63,254 nt of DNA, filler included, from 5 parts of 5 records of this genome joined end to end with filler, not necessarily neighbours in it; one strand, 5' to 3'. Counted from the whole stretch's first letter, positions 38,174-47,928 are shown. The notes: generated from the sequence alone by a model not told the origin. Numbers and translations are program-made.

Positions 38174-38835
38174 TTCCAATTTCATATGCCCTAAATAAAA
38201 ATATTCCATTGTATCCTGGATCTCAGGATATTACATTTAAAAAGGTTAGGTCAATTGAAAATAATGAGTCTGCAAATGTTTCTGTATTTGTTTTCAGTAA
38301 TCATTCTGGAACCCATATTGATGCTCCGTTACATTTTTGCAATAAGGGTTATTCAGTAGCTGACGTTCTAACCATTAAAAATGATTATTTTCCTGCTGTT
38401 TGTATAGATATTCCTAAATATCCTAGTTCTCGGATCTGCAAAGAGGATATCGCTCCATTCTTAAAAAAAATTGTTGATGCAGAAGCAATTTTGATTAGGT
38501 CTGGCTTTTTTAGATACCGGAAAGAAGAACCTGATATATATAGCAATTCTCATCCTTGGGTTCATCCTGAAGTTCCCATTTACTTGAGGAAAAATTGTCC
38601 AAAACTAAAAATTATTGGTCTTGATACTATTTCCATTTCGAATCCATCACATCGAAAAGAAGGGCATACGGCACACAGGTCGTTTTTGTGCAATGACTCA
38701 CCAATACTATTACTCGAAGATGCAGATTTGTCAAACTCTGCTTTGTTGGATAGAGAGTTCGTTTTGCATATTTGTCCTTGGGTGATTGATGAGGTCGATG
38801 CAACACCAGTAATTGCTATGGCTGAACTCAAATGA
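38167..38835 (+). CDS. Cyclase (kynurenine formamidase-like) metal-dependent hydrolase
   Basis: HSGTHIDAPLHF (HxGTHxDxPxH), IGLDTIS, AHRSFL, LLED; GGAGG RBS with TTG start. Confidence 0.88.
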   Translation: MLIPISYALNKNIPLYPGSQDITFKKVRSIENNESANVSVFVFSNHSGTHIDAPLHFCNKGYSVADVLTIKNDYFPAVCIDIPKYPSSRICKEDIAPFLKKIVDAEAILIRSGFFRYRKEEPDIYSNSHPWVHPEVPIYLRKNCPKLKIIGLDTISISNPSHRKEGHTAHRSFLCNDSPILLLEDADLSNSALLDREFVLHICPWVIDEVDATPVIAMAELK

Positions 38836-38855
38836 TGAAGCAGAATAGTACTGAT

Positions 38856-39684
38856 TTAAGAGTTGTATACATTTTCGTATACTTCTATCGTTCTTTTAGT
38901 TGTCTTCTCCCATGAAAATAATTTAGCTCTTTCCAACCCTCTGTGTATCAATTTTTCTTTAAGGTCATCATTTGTCAGTATTTTGTACATACTAGTAGTC
39001 CATTCATCGATCTTATTAGGGTTTGCTAAAATTCCTGCATCTGCTACAACCTCAGGTAAAGCACCAACATTGGATGCAATTACAGGACATCCACAGGCCA
39101 TTGCTTCCAATGGGGGAAGACCAAAACCCTCATACCATGAAGGACGGATGTAAATTTCGGCTGTATTATACAGCTTCACCATCTCTTCATCAGAAACTCT
39201 TCCTGCAAAGATGATGTCATTGCTTAATCCCAGATCAGCAATCATTTCTTCAAGTTCCACTCTCTTGAAAGAAGTCACATTTCCCGAACCAAAGATGACT
39301 AATTTGATGTTAACACCTTTTTTTCTTAATCGATGGTACATTTCAATAATATCAGAGCGAATGTTATCTGATAAAATAAAAGGCGCACCAATATATTCCG
39401 GTATATCCATTTTTATTTGCTTGAACCTATCATGAGGTGCAGAATATATTGTTTCTATCTTTTCTTCGGGAACTTTCAGAAACTTAACCATGTCTTGTTT
39501 TGTATTATTGGATACGGCTATAAATTTATCAACATTGTTTCTGATAGCAAACAGGGTTTTTCTCCACAACACATCATGCATCCACAGTTTTGAATTATGG
39601 TATAATTTTGTCTGATATCTAGGAAGGAATTTGTATAGATCGTGAATTGTCATTACTTTTTTAAATCCATTCTGAAGAAAAAAA
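38856..39684 (-). CDS. GT4 glycosyltransferase (5' end truncated)
   Basis: TIHDL, IAVS, YEGFGLPPLEAMACGCPVI, FSWEKT. Confidence 0.92.
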
Positions 39685-39784
39685 NNNNNNNNNNNNNNNN
39701 NNNNNNNNNNNNNNNNNNNNNNNNNNNNTTAATTAATTAANNNNNNNNNNNNNNNNNNNNNNNNNNNNNNNNNNNNNNNNNNNN
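39685..39784. other. Artificial contig spacer
   Basis: 44 N + TTAATTAATTAA + 44 N. Confidence 0.98.
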
Positions 39785-39785
39785 T

Positions 39786-40787
39786 GGATGTTCTAAAAAC
39801 TGTATGCACCATGAAATCCAAGATGTTAGTTTCAATGCTGTAAAACAAGAGAATGGAAGAATCCAATTTGCAGTAAGTGTTGGTGGTGGTTTAGCTTCAA
39901 ATAAAAGAGTTGCTAATCATATTGGATATGTTACACCATCACAAGTTGTTCCAGCAGCAAAAGCTATTACTAAGATCTATAGAGACCATGGATTAAGAGA
40001 AAAAAGAAATAAAGCTAGACTTGGACACTTAATTGAAGAGTGGGGAATTGAAAAGTTTGTTGAAGAGTTACAAGCTTCTTTAACATTTAAAATCAAAGAG
40101 CCAAATGAGATTGAATATACAAGCTCAAGATTTAGAGAGCACTTTGGAATTCACCAAAGTAAACAAAAAGGTAAAAGCTATATTGGGTGTGCATTAAACT
40201 CTGGACACATTGGGGTTGAGGGATTAAATGACCTAATTGAACTATTTGAAAAATATGGAGCAACTGCACTTAAATCTACAGTTACTCAAAATATTATCAT
40301 CTTAGATGCAAATAGTGATACTGCTGAAGAGTTTGCTAAAGAATTAGAGAAAGTTAATATTTATCCATACCCATCTAACTTTAGAGCAAGAGTTCAAGCA
40401 TGTACAGGTATTGACTTCTGTAAATTTGCCATTTCGGAAACAAAAGGTGTTGCAAAAAGATTAGTTGACCACTTAGAAAACAAATTCCCTGACTTTGGAG
40501 AAAGAGTTTCTATTTCTGTAAATGGTTGTCCTAACTCTTGTGCTCACCCACATATTGTTGACCTTGGTTTTATGGGAACAAAAGTTAAAAAAGATGGAAA
40601 AACTGTTACTGGTTTTGAACTTCTTGTTGGTGGTTTCCTTGAAGGTGACAAGTCTCAATTTAACCAAAAGACTGGAATCAAATTTGCAGTTGAAGATGTA
40701 AATGAAAATGTTGAAGAGATTATAAATGAATATATAGCTTCTGAACATTCTTCATTCCATGATTTCATCATTACAAAAGCGAAATAG
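39786..40787 (+). CDS. Siroheme/[4Fe-4S] nitrite/sulfite reductase, C-terminal half (5' truncated)
   Basis: VGGGL, R.KARL, ACTGIDFC and NGCPNSC cluster ligands. Confidence 0.9.
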   Translation, partial: GCSKNCMHHEIQDVSFNAVKQENGRIQFAVSVGGGLASNKRVANHIGYVTPSQVVPAAKAITKIYRDHGLREKRNKARLGHLIEEWGIEKFVEELQASLTFKIKEPNEIEYTSSRFREHFGIHQSKQKGKSYIGCALNSGHIGVEGLNDLIELFEKYGATALKSTVTQNIIILDANSDTAEEFAKELEKVNIYPYPSNFRARVQACTGIDFCKFAISETKGVAKRLVDHLENKFPDFGERVSISVNGCPNSCAHPHIVDLGFMGTKVKKDGKTVTGFELLVGGFLEGDKSQFNQKTGIKFAVEDVNENVEEIINEYIASEHSSFHDFIITKAK

Positions 40788-40816
40788 TAGAAAAGATTAA
40801 ATTCTTTTCTATTATT
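40783..40816 (+). terminator. Stem-loop after the reductase stop codon
   Basis: AATAGTAGAAAAGA-ttaaat-TCTTTTCTATTATT. Confidence 0.55.
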
Positions 40817-40853
40817 AATTAAACATATAATCTAAATAAGTTAAAATTATTTA

Positions 40854-42155
40854 ATGAAAAAAGATATCTACAGACCATTTTTTGATAAAAATACCAATAC
40901 ATTAGATTTTATTAGATACAACACTATAGGTAAGAACAAAAGCGATTACTTTGACTATACAGCTTCTGGACTTGCGTTTAGACAAATAGAGAACCGTATA
41001 AGAGATGTACTTGAAACATATGCTAATACACACTCTAAAGAGTCTTTAAATGCAAATATTACAAACCAATATTATAATGAAGCTATAGAGAGCCTAAGCA
41101 ATAGTTTAGAGCTAAATGAAGAGTTTGCTATTATTCCTTCTGGTTGTGGAGCAACATCTGCAATAAAGAAGTTCCAAGAACTACTTGGTGTTTATATTCC
41201 ACCAGCAACTTTAAAGAGATTTAAAATAGCTGTTGCAAAAAAGAAATTACCTCTTATTATAGTTGGACCTTATGAACATCACTCAAATGAAGTAAGCTAT
41301 AGAGAAGCCCTTTGTGAAGTTCAAAGAATAAGACTTACTGATGAAGGTTTAATTGACCTTAGACAGCTAAAAGAAATTTTACAAGAGAATCGACATAGAG
41401 AGATTATTGGATGTTTTTGTATAGCTTCAAATGTTACAGGAATCATAACACCATATGAAGAGATATCAAGACTGCTAAGACTTTATGGAGCAACTGTATG
41501 TTTTGATGCAGCAGCTAGTTCTTCATATATGAATATCCCTTGTGAACTATACGATGCCCTTGTAATGTCTCCCCATAAACTTCTTGGAGGTCCTTCTAGT
41601 TGTGGAGTTCTTGCTATTAGAAAATCATTAGTTGATGAAACTTTAGCTCCAACTTTTGCAGGTGGGGGAACTGTAGCTTATGTAAATGCTCAAGTTCAAG
41701 AGTATGAAAAAGATATTAGTGCTAGAGAAACAGCAGGAACTCCTGGGATTTTACAACTTATCCGTGCAGCACTTGCATATCAACTTAGAAATGAAATAGG
41801 TTTTGAGTTTATAAAAGAGCAAAAGAAAGAACTTCTTTCTCACTTACTAGAAGGTTTAGAAAAGATTGAAGGAATTACAATCTACGGTAATAAAGAAGAA
41901 GAGAATATAGGAATTGTCTCTTTTAATATTGCCAATTTAAACCCATATAAAATATGTGAAAAATTATCTTCAAATAGTGGTGTTCAAACAAGAGCTGGGT
42001 GTTCTTGTGCAGGGCCATATGGGCATGATTTATTAGGTAAAACTTCTAAAGAAGAGTTAGAAGAAAAACCAGGATGGCTTAGAATTTCTGTTCACTATTC
42101 ACAAACAAAAGAGGATATTGATAGATTAATAGAGGCTATTAAAAGCTCTCTTTAA
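40854..42155 (+). CDS. Class V PLP aminotransferase / cysteine desulfurase-like protein
   Basis: YFDYTASG, YANTH, EHHSN, FDAAA, SPHK (PLP Lys), GTP, RAGCSCAG. Confidence 0.88.
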   Translation: MKKDIYRPFFDKNTNTLDFIRYNTIGKNKSDYFDYTASGLAFRQIENRIRDVLETYANTHSKESLNANITNQYYNEAIESLSNSLELNEEFAIIPSGCGATSAIKKFQELLGVYIPPATLKRFKIAVAKKKLPLIIVGPYEHHSNEVSYREALCEVQRIRLTDEGLIDLRQLKEILQENRHREIIGCFCIASNVTGIITPYEEISRLLRLYGATVCFDAAASSSYMNIPCELYDALVMSPHKLLGGPSSCGVLAIRKSLVDETLAPTFAGGGTVAYVNAQVQEYEKDISARETAGTPGILQLIRAALAYQLRNEIGFEFIKEQKKELLSHLLEGLEKIEGITIYGNKEEENIGIVSFNIANLNPYKICEKLSSNSGVQTRAGCSCAGPYGHDLLGKTSKEELEEKPGWLRISVHYSQTKEDIDRLIEAIKSSL

Positions 42156-42602
42156 TCAAGAGATATATTTTATAATTCGAATATTATCTCTATCAATATT
42201 TCTATATTCATCATATAAACTTTGATATTTTAGTTTTTCTTTGAAAGTAATTGGTGTTCTAATTGATTTATACTCAACTAGTTTATCATCTTTATAAATA
42301 CCACTAATTGTGGCGTGAACCCAATAAAAACCTTTGTCTTTTCTAAGGTTTTTTATTACGCCTTCCCATTTTTGTTCAGTTTTTAGAGTATCCCATAAGT
42401 TTTTAAAAACTCTTTTAGGCATATCTGGATGTCTAAGTATATTATGAGATTGTCCTATTAACTCATTTATTTCATAGCCAGAGATATTTGCAAAAGCTTC
42501 ATTTGCATATGTTATCTTCCCTTTTAAATCAGTTCGAGAAATAATTAATTCATCTTCTGGGATTTCTGTTTCAATTAAAAACTCACTCTCTAAAAACTCC
42601 AT
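42156..42602 (-). CDS. Stand-alone Aer/CetB-like PAS-domain protein
   Basis: ISRTDLKGKITYANEAF..ISGY..ELIGQSHNILRHPDMP..F..LW..W.G..KN.RKD..YWV. Confidence 0.9.
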   Translation of the reverse strand: MEFLESEFLIETEIPEDELIISRTDLKGKITYANEAFANISGYEINELIGQSHNILRHPDMPKRVFKNLWDTLKTEQKWEGVIKNLRKDKGFYWVHATISGIYKDDKLVEYKSIRTPITFKEKLKYQSLYDEYRNIDRDNIRIIKYIS

Positions 42603-42607
42603 GATTT

Positions 42608-42985
42608 CTACCTTTTATCAAACTCTTTTGCAAAGCCTTCAAGATCTTTTTTCTTTAAATCACCTCTATACACAATTTGGTCAGCAGGAATATCTTCATT
42701 TAACATTTTTGGAACAACATCTGCATCATTTAATACATCCATATGCTCATCTAATTCATCCTCACTATAAGCCATTTGCATATCAGCACTTACAATATGA
42801 GGAATAGCTTCTATAACTCTTAGTTTTTCAAGCTCTTCTTGTACACCATTTCCTTCTATTGTAACGATAACTCTTCCTACTTCATCATGAAGATGATATT
42901 CACACACTTCACATTTTTTTAATGCTTCTACAACCTCATCTAAATACTCTGGTCTTGTTTGAACTACGATACTTGAAATATTCAT
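42608..42985 (-). CDS. napD: NapA chaperone NapD
   Basis: MNISSIVV, G.VIVTIEG; ATGA overlap with napL stop. Confidence 0.9.
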   Translation of the reverse strand: MNISSIVVQTRPEYLDEVVEALKKCEVCEYHLHDEVGRVIVTIEGNGVQEELEKLRVIEAIPHIVSADMQMAYSEDELDEHMDVLNDADVVPKMLNEDIPADQIVYRGDLKKKDLEGFAKEFDKR

Positions 42986-43929
42986 TTTAATCTCCAAAAA
43001 TTTATTGTTTGACTATCACTACTTGCAAAAATCTCTTTATCTGATATAAATAGAATCTGCGTCAAAGTAGCATCTTGTCCAATTAGTTTATATAAATACT
43101 TTTTACTGCTTGTATTAAACACTAAAATTTCATTCTCCTCATTATATGCAATTGCACCATACTTAGCATTTTTGCTTAAAGCACAACTATAAAGAAGAAA
43201 ATCAAAATTTAGTGCATATGAGCTAAAACTATCATAGAAAACTGCTTTTCTATCTTGTCCTGCTGTTAATACTTTTCCCTTTTTAAAATCTAGTTGATAA
43301 ACCCTATCTAGGTTTAAAGCCTTTAATCTCTTTTCAACTACTAAATCACTTGTTTTTAATACTCTTATTACTCCACTCTCATCTGTAGTAATTAACTTAC
43401 TTCTATTCTCATTTAATGCAAAATGTGAAAAAGAGGATTGGCTAACTTGTGTTAGAACTGTTACCTCATTTTTTTCTATATCAAAAATTCCAATCTGATT
43501 ACTAAGAAGAGCAAATACTATTCTTGTATCACTTACAAAAGATGCCTTTTGAATAAAAAACTTTTTCTCTATTCCGATTAGCTTCTTTAACTCTTCATTT
43601 TCATATATCCAAAGGTTTCTATACCCTTTCATCCCCTGAGTTACTATTAGTATTTTGTCCTCTATTAAATCAATAGAATAAACCTTTGCAGGAATTGTAT
43701 CTCCCATAAAGTCTTTTATCTTTGGAAGTTCTATTGTTTTAATTATCTTTTTCTCTTTAGTATCAAAGACTTCTACAGTTCCATTAGCTGTCCCTGCATA
43801 TAAAAGTTCATCTTTATATACTATTCCTTGAACTGCACCTGTTGCTTTTAAAGAGTATGTAGGAGTTACTTCCTCTAAAGCAAAACATGACACTACTAAG
43901 ATAAAAAAAGATAAAAAAAGTTTACTCAT
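42982..43929 (-). CDS. napL: Periplasmic beta-propeller nitrate reductase accessory protein NapL
   Basis: Signal peptide, WD40-like repeats (LPKIKDFMGD, AGQDRK); position between napF and napD. Confidence 0.8.
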   Translation of the reverse strand: MSKLFLSFFILVVSCFALEEVTPTYSLKATGAVQGIVYKDELLYAGTANGTVEVFDTKEKKIIKTIELPKIKDFMGDTIPAKVYSIDLIEDKILIVTQGMKGYRNLWIYENEELKKLIGIEKKFFIQKASFVSDTRIVFALLSNQIGIFDIEKNEVTVLTQVSQSSFSHFALNENRSKLITTDESGVIRVLKTSDLVVEKRLKALNLDRVYQLDFKKGKVLTAGQDRKAVFYDSFSSYALNFDFLLYSCALSKNAKYGAIAYNEENEILVFNTSSKKYLYKLIGQDATLTQILFISDKEIFASSDSQTINFWRLK

Positions 43930-44182
43930 CTAAATCCAAGTCCTCTTTTATTTTTGCCATTTGTTGATGTAGTTCATAAAAGTGTTCATCTGTCACATCA
44001 TCATCTTTTGACCATTGAACTTCTATATCTGAACCATAATCTTCACTCATAAGAGCTAACTGTTTTGAGAAGTCTTCCATATCTTGACAGATAACTTGTC
44101 TTGTATCTTCTGTATCAGTTAATCTAATAACCCAAGTATCATTATCTGACTCTTCTACATTTGCTGTAAATATTGTTGGCAT
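43922..44182 (-). CDS. Hypothetical acidic protein (86 aa) inside the nap operon
   Basis: Start abuts napF stop, stop overlaps napL start; AAGGAG RBS; 25 of 86 residues are D/E. Confidence 0.75.
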   Translation of the reverse strand: MPTIFTANVEESDNDTWVIRLTDTEDTRQVICQDMEDFSKQLALMSEDYGSDIEVQWSKDDDVTDEHFYELHQQMAKIKEDLDLDE

Positions 44183-44668
44183 TTACACTCCTTTTAATAT
44201 TATTGCATCACTAGGGCATACATTCAAACAAAAACCACAGCTTGTACACTTATCCTCTACAATAGAAGGTCTAAACATTCCTAAGAACTCTATTGCATCA
44301 TCTAAGCAAGGGTCTTTACATGAAAAACACATTGTATTGTGCCAACTTAAACACTTAATCATATCAATCTCTACTTTTACAGGTATCTTCTCTTTTGAGT
44401 CTTCTAATAAAACTCCATACTCACAGGCTTTTGCACATTCACCACAGTAAGTACAACCACCTTTAGAAAAATCAATATGAGGTGTTTTATCTTCACCCAT
44501 TACAATTATATCTTCTTCGCACAAAGTAACACAAGGTGCATCACAACTTGGGCACTCTTTGAGAAAAAGACTCTTGTCTTCATTGTATGGTAATCTTATA
44601 ACTTGCTCTTGTTCTTCTTTTTTATTAAAAGAAGAAGCAAGAGAGCTAAATAACTCTCTTCTTCTCAT
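44183..44668 (-). CDS. napF: Ferredoxin-type protein NapF
   Basis: RRRELF N-terminus, RLPY, several CxxCxxCxxxC(P) motifs. Confidence 0.88.
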   Translation of the reverse strand: MRRRELFSSLASSFNKKEEQEQVIRLPYNEDKSLFLKECPSCDAPCVTLCEEDIIVMGEDKTPHIDFSKGGCTYCGECAKACEYGVLLEDSKEKIPVKVEIDMIKCLSWHNTMCFSCKDPCLDDAIEFLGMFRPSIVEDKCTSCGFCLNVCPSDAIILKGV

Positions 44669-44669
44669 A

Positions 44670-45299
44670 TTATTCTACTAAAGTATCTAAACCTTCAGTT
44701 AGACTAGTTCCAGTCCATGAAGATTTTTTTGCTCCATCTTTACTTGTATAATCAGGAGTAAATGTATTACCTACTAATTCTCCCTCACTTTGAGGAGCAT
44801 GACATTGAGAACAGTTGAATCTTGAATTTGATAACTGATGCATCTCATTAATAGTCACATAATCCATTTTCTCTGTTGAAGTATTTTCAACAAGTTTACC
44901 ATTTTTAACGATATCACCATTTTTTGTTAATGACGTATCAGGTCTAAAATTAATCATGTGTGATTTTGGATACGGTAAAGCTCCAAAAGACTCTGCCACA
45001 CCTGGAGTATGACAAGAGATACATTGATTATTATTAACTGTAATTGGAAGCATTCCATCTACATCATGGGGAATCATTGGCGGAGCATCTTGGAATGCTC
45101 TATCAATAGTTTTTGACGTACTTGGAGCTGCTTTACTATATTTTGTTTCATCTGGCGTTACTTTGTCTTCACTATAAAGGTCAACTTTTCTAAGCCCTAA
45201 AGACTCTTCACTAATTGTAGGTTGAGCTGTACTACACCCTACAAAGATTAAAAAGGAAGAAGTTGCAAGACCAATACTAATTTTTGTGATTAGTTTCAT
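44670..45299 (-). CDS. napB: Dihaem cytochrome c subunit of periplasmic nitrate reductase
   Basis: RAFQDAPPMIPH, CISCH, RFNCSQCHAPQ. Confidence 0.95.
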   Translation of the reverse strand: MKLITKISIGLATSSFLIFVGCSTAQPTISEESLGLRKVDLYSEDKVTPDETKYSKAAPSTSKTIDRAFQDAPPMIPHDVDGMLPITVNNNQCISCHTPGVAESFGALPYPKSHMINFRPDTSLTKNGDIVKNGKLVENTSTEKMDYVTINEMHQLSNSRFNCSQCHAPQSEGELVGNTFTPDYTSKDGAKKSSWTGTSLTEGLDTLVE

Positions 45300-45595
45300 T
45301 TTATTTCTCCTTGTTTTTTTTGCTCTATTAAATTTCTTATTGAGAAGTTTAGTGCATCATCATCACAAACTTCTACACATCTAGCACAATTTGTACACTC
45401 GCCTGAAAGAACTTGTTCACTTGATTTTCCAACCATAAAAAGTACTTGGCTTTCTGGACAAACCTCTTTACATTTCATACATAAAGTACATTTACTTTCG
45501 TTATGTTCAACACGAACTAGACTATATTTACCCACTATTGAGTAGAAGGCTCCTAATGGACAAACATGTCCACACCATCCATTTTTTAAAACAAA
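45296..45595 (-). CDS. napH: Quinol dehydrogenase ferredoxin subunit NapH, C-terminal fragment
   Basis: GWCGHVCPLGAFYS, CTLCMKCKEVCPE, CTNCARCVEVC. Confidence 0.92.
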   Translation of the reverse strand, partial: FVLKNGWCGHVCPLGAFYSIVGKYSLVRVEHNESKCTLCMKCKEVCPESQVLFMVGKSSEQVLSGECTNCARCVEVCDDDALNFSIRNLIEQKKQGEIK

Positions 45596-45695
45596 NNNNN
45601 NNNNNNNNNNNNNNNNNNNNNNNNNNNNNNNNNNNNNNNTTAATTAATTAANNNNNNNNNNNNNNNNNNNNNNNNNNNNNNNNNNNNNNNNNNNN
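45596..45695. other. Artificial contig spacer
   Basis: 44 N + TTAATTAATTAA + 44 N. Confidence 0.98.
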
Positions 45696-45723
45696 CGCAG
45701 TTATCGGAGTTTTCTTACAAAGA

Positions 45724-47928
45724 CTATTTTATTATTATATATTTAATCCCACCATAGAACATACGGCCGTACAATGGTCCCCATACCATGGAAGCATCGA
45801 AATTATTGCCAAAAGGATTTTCAACATCCACAATGGCATTGTCTTGTGTAAAATTGGTTAAGTTTTCAACTCCCACATAGAAACTCCATTTACGGTAATT
45901 TTTGGTAACCTGTGCAATCAAATTAACAAATGACTGTGGTTTATCAATTCCGTAAGTTTCTGAGTTATTCTCATACACTCCTGGCAATCTTGAAATACCA
46001 TGAAATTGCAACGTAGCATCAAATTGCCATTTATTCATATTAGTGGCATACCCAACACTGATCAGCCCTTTATATTTGTTTACAAATGGCTCTCGTTTTA
46101 AATCTCCGTTGTAACTTGTGCGAACATCATTAATGCGATAGGCAGCCGTTAAATCAAATCTTTCAAAAAGCTCGATCATTAACTCTGCCTGAATACTACT
46201 GGCATATGCGTTACCATTTAAATTATAAAAATAAGCGGCTTGAGCACTTTGCTCCCGATCTACCACCAACTTATTCTCAAATTGCGTATAAAAATACTCC
46301 AATGAGAAAGTTACATCTCGTCCTAAAAGCGGATAATCAGTTACTAAACTTGCACCATAGTTCCAGGCTTCTTCCTGATCAATATCATCTTCAAACACAA
46401 AAGATCTGGAACTGGCAAGTAATCCAGTATTTTCGTTTATGGCATAAGCACTGCGATAACCCTTTCCGGCAGAAGTCCTAATCGTTAGGTACTCCAAAAA
46501 TCGGTATTTGAAATGAATTCTCGGTGTAAAAAAGCCATTATACTGTGAACTATGGTCGTAGCGCATTCCGGCCATAAATGTAAGCTTATCGGTTGGTTTA
46601 TAGTTATATTCAACAAAAACACCGGGCACAAGATTGGTATTATTAAAAGCCGAATCCTGATACAACGAATTATTCTCGTCATACATTACACTTAAACCAG
46701 TGTTATAAGAGTGCTTTGTATTGAAAAGATATGTCTGAAATACAAAATTCCCATACAAATTAACTTGCTCTGTATGAAAAACTCGATTTCCATAAAACGA
46801 ATTGCGATCGAAATAATTAAAAGACAATATGGTACCTAAACTGGTCTGCGGTCTTCCAAATAAGAATCCCAATTTTGAAAAAGCATTAAACCTTTCCACA
46901 TCTACGCCAATACCATAAGCGCTTTGGGTTTGTTGAGATTTATCATGGTCAAAATCTACCTGCCCGCCATTTCGTTCTTCAGCCAAATATCCTATACCAA
47001 ATTTACCTTCTACCTTCTCTCCCTGAAAATTCCAGCGATTCAAGAAAGTACCAATATTGGTCATAGGTTTATCCAGGAAACCATCATCATTCATATCCAT
47101 TTCGCGCAAATGCGTAGCACCGTGCAGTAAAATAGAGGTAGCCCATTTTTCATTTATCTCATAAGCGTAACCTAAGTTTGACTCCACTTTACCATCCTGA
47201 TTTGCATAGGAATAAAAATGAAACTTTTCATCTCCAAATGGTTCTTTAAATTGAATATCGATTTGCCCCGTCATGGACTCATATCCATTCTTAACAGCAG
47301 AAGATCCCTTAGAAACCTGTATGCTCTCCATCCACGTACCTGGGATATAATCCAAACCAAAAGCTGTTTCAGCCCCTCGTAAGATTGGAATATTTTCCAT
47401 CATCAACTGTGAATAACGTCCATCTAATCCGAGTAAACGAATTTGTTTCGCACCTGAAACAGCATCAGAATAAGAAACATCCACAGACGCATTGGTTTCG
47501 AAACTTTCTGAAAGGTTGCAACATGCAAACCTCGTCAATTCTTTTTGTGAAATGGTCTGTGTTAGCCGCGGATTAAGCCTTGAAATGGTTGTGGCTTTTA
47601 CACGCTCAGTAACCGTAACTTCAGCTAATTGTGCTCCAGGATATAAAGTATGTTGAATAGCCTTTTTACCATCAACATGTATAGTATCTGAAGCATATCC
47701 CACAAAACTTACAACGAGCATATGTGCCCCTTCGGGCTTATTTAAACTAAAATAGCCCACTTGATCAGTAATGGTACCTGATGTTTGACCAATCCAATAC
47801 ACATTGGCACCAGTTAATGGAGTTTTTTTATTGGAATCCCCTCCATCAAAAATCCAACCTTCCACATTAGTAGCAAAAAGGTTTGTTTGAACCAACAATG
47901 TCGTAAAAATTAAAAAATATTTCAACAT
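45724..47928 (-). CDS. TonB-dependent receptor (Bacteroidota metal-associated type)
   Basis: Signal peptide, CarboxypepD-like N-domain (PLTGANVYW, VSFVGY), plug ACCNLSESFETNASVDV..IQVSKG, beta-barrel ending GR.FYGGIKY. Confidence 0.92.
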   Translation of the reverse strand: MLKYFLIFTTLLVQTNLFATNVEGWIFDGGDSNKKTPLTGANVYWIGQTSGTITDQVGYFSLNKPEGAHMLVVSFVGYASDTIHVDGKKAIQHTLYPGAQLAEVTVTERVKATTISRLNPRLTQTISQKELTRFACCNLSESFETNASVDVSYSDAVSGAKQIRLLGLDGRYSQLMMENIPILRGAETAFGLDYIPGTWMESIQVSKGSSAVKNGYESMTGQIDIQFKEPFGDEKFHFYSYANQDGKVESNLGYAYEINEKWATSILLHGATHLREMDMNDDGFLDKPMTNIGTFLNRWNFQGEKVEGKFGIGYLAEERNGGQVDFDHDKSQQTQSAYGIGVDVERFNAFSKLGFLFGRPQTSLGTILSFNYFDRNSFYGNRVFHTEQVNLYGNFVFQTYLFNTKHSYNTGLSVMYDENNSLYQDSAFNNTNLVPGVFVEYNYKPTDKLTFMAGMRYDHSSQYNGFFTPRIHFKYRFLEYLTIRTSAGKGYRSAYAINENTGLLASSRSFVFEDDIDQEEAWNYGASLVTDYPLLGRDVTFSLEYFYTQFENKLVVDREQSAQAAYFYNLNGNAYASSIQAELMIELFERFDLTAAYRINDVRTSYNGDLKREPFVNKYKGLISVGYATNMNKWQFDATLQFHGISRLPGVYENNSETYGIDKPQSFVNLIAQVTKNYRKWSFYVGVENLTNFTQDNAIVDVENPFGNNFDASMVWGPLYGRMFYGGIKYIIIK

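Noticed and set aside
39786-42155. Nitrite/sulfite reductase plus nap as a single nitrate-to-ammonium module
   Set aside because: The genes are on opposite strands. The reductase is truncated and cannot be assigned to nitrite versus sulfite, and the adjacent desulfurase-like gene fits sulfur metabolism equally well.
14320-45695. Four identical TTAATTAATTAA motifs in N-runs as a biological repeat, and archaeal genes beside bacterial genes as inter-domain transfer
   Set aside because: The fixed 44N-12-44N design and genes truncated at the junctions show artificial concatenation. No inference across spacers is valid, including whether contigs A, B and D share a genome.
45696-45712. AGTTATCGGA at the contig start resembling half of the CCGATAACTATCGG palindrome at 58737
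   Set aside because: Only about 9 nt match and the sequence is truncated by the spacer, which is too short to call a repeat copy.
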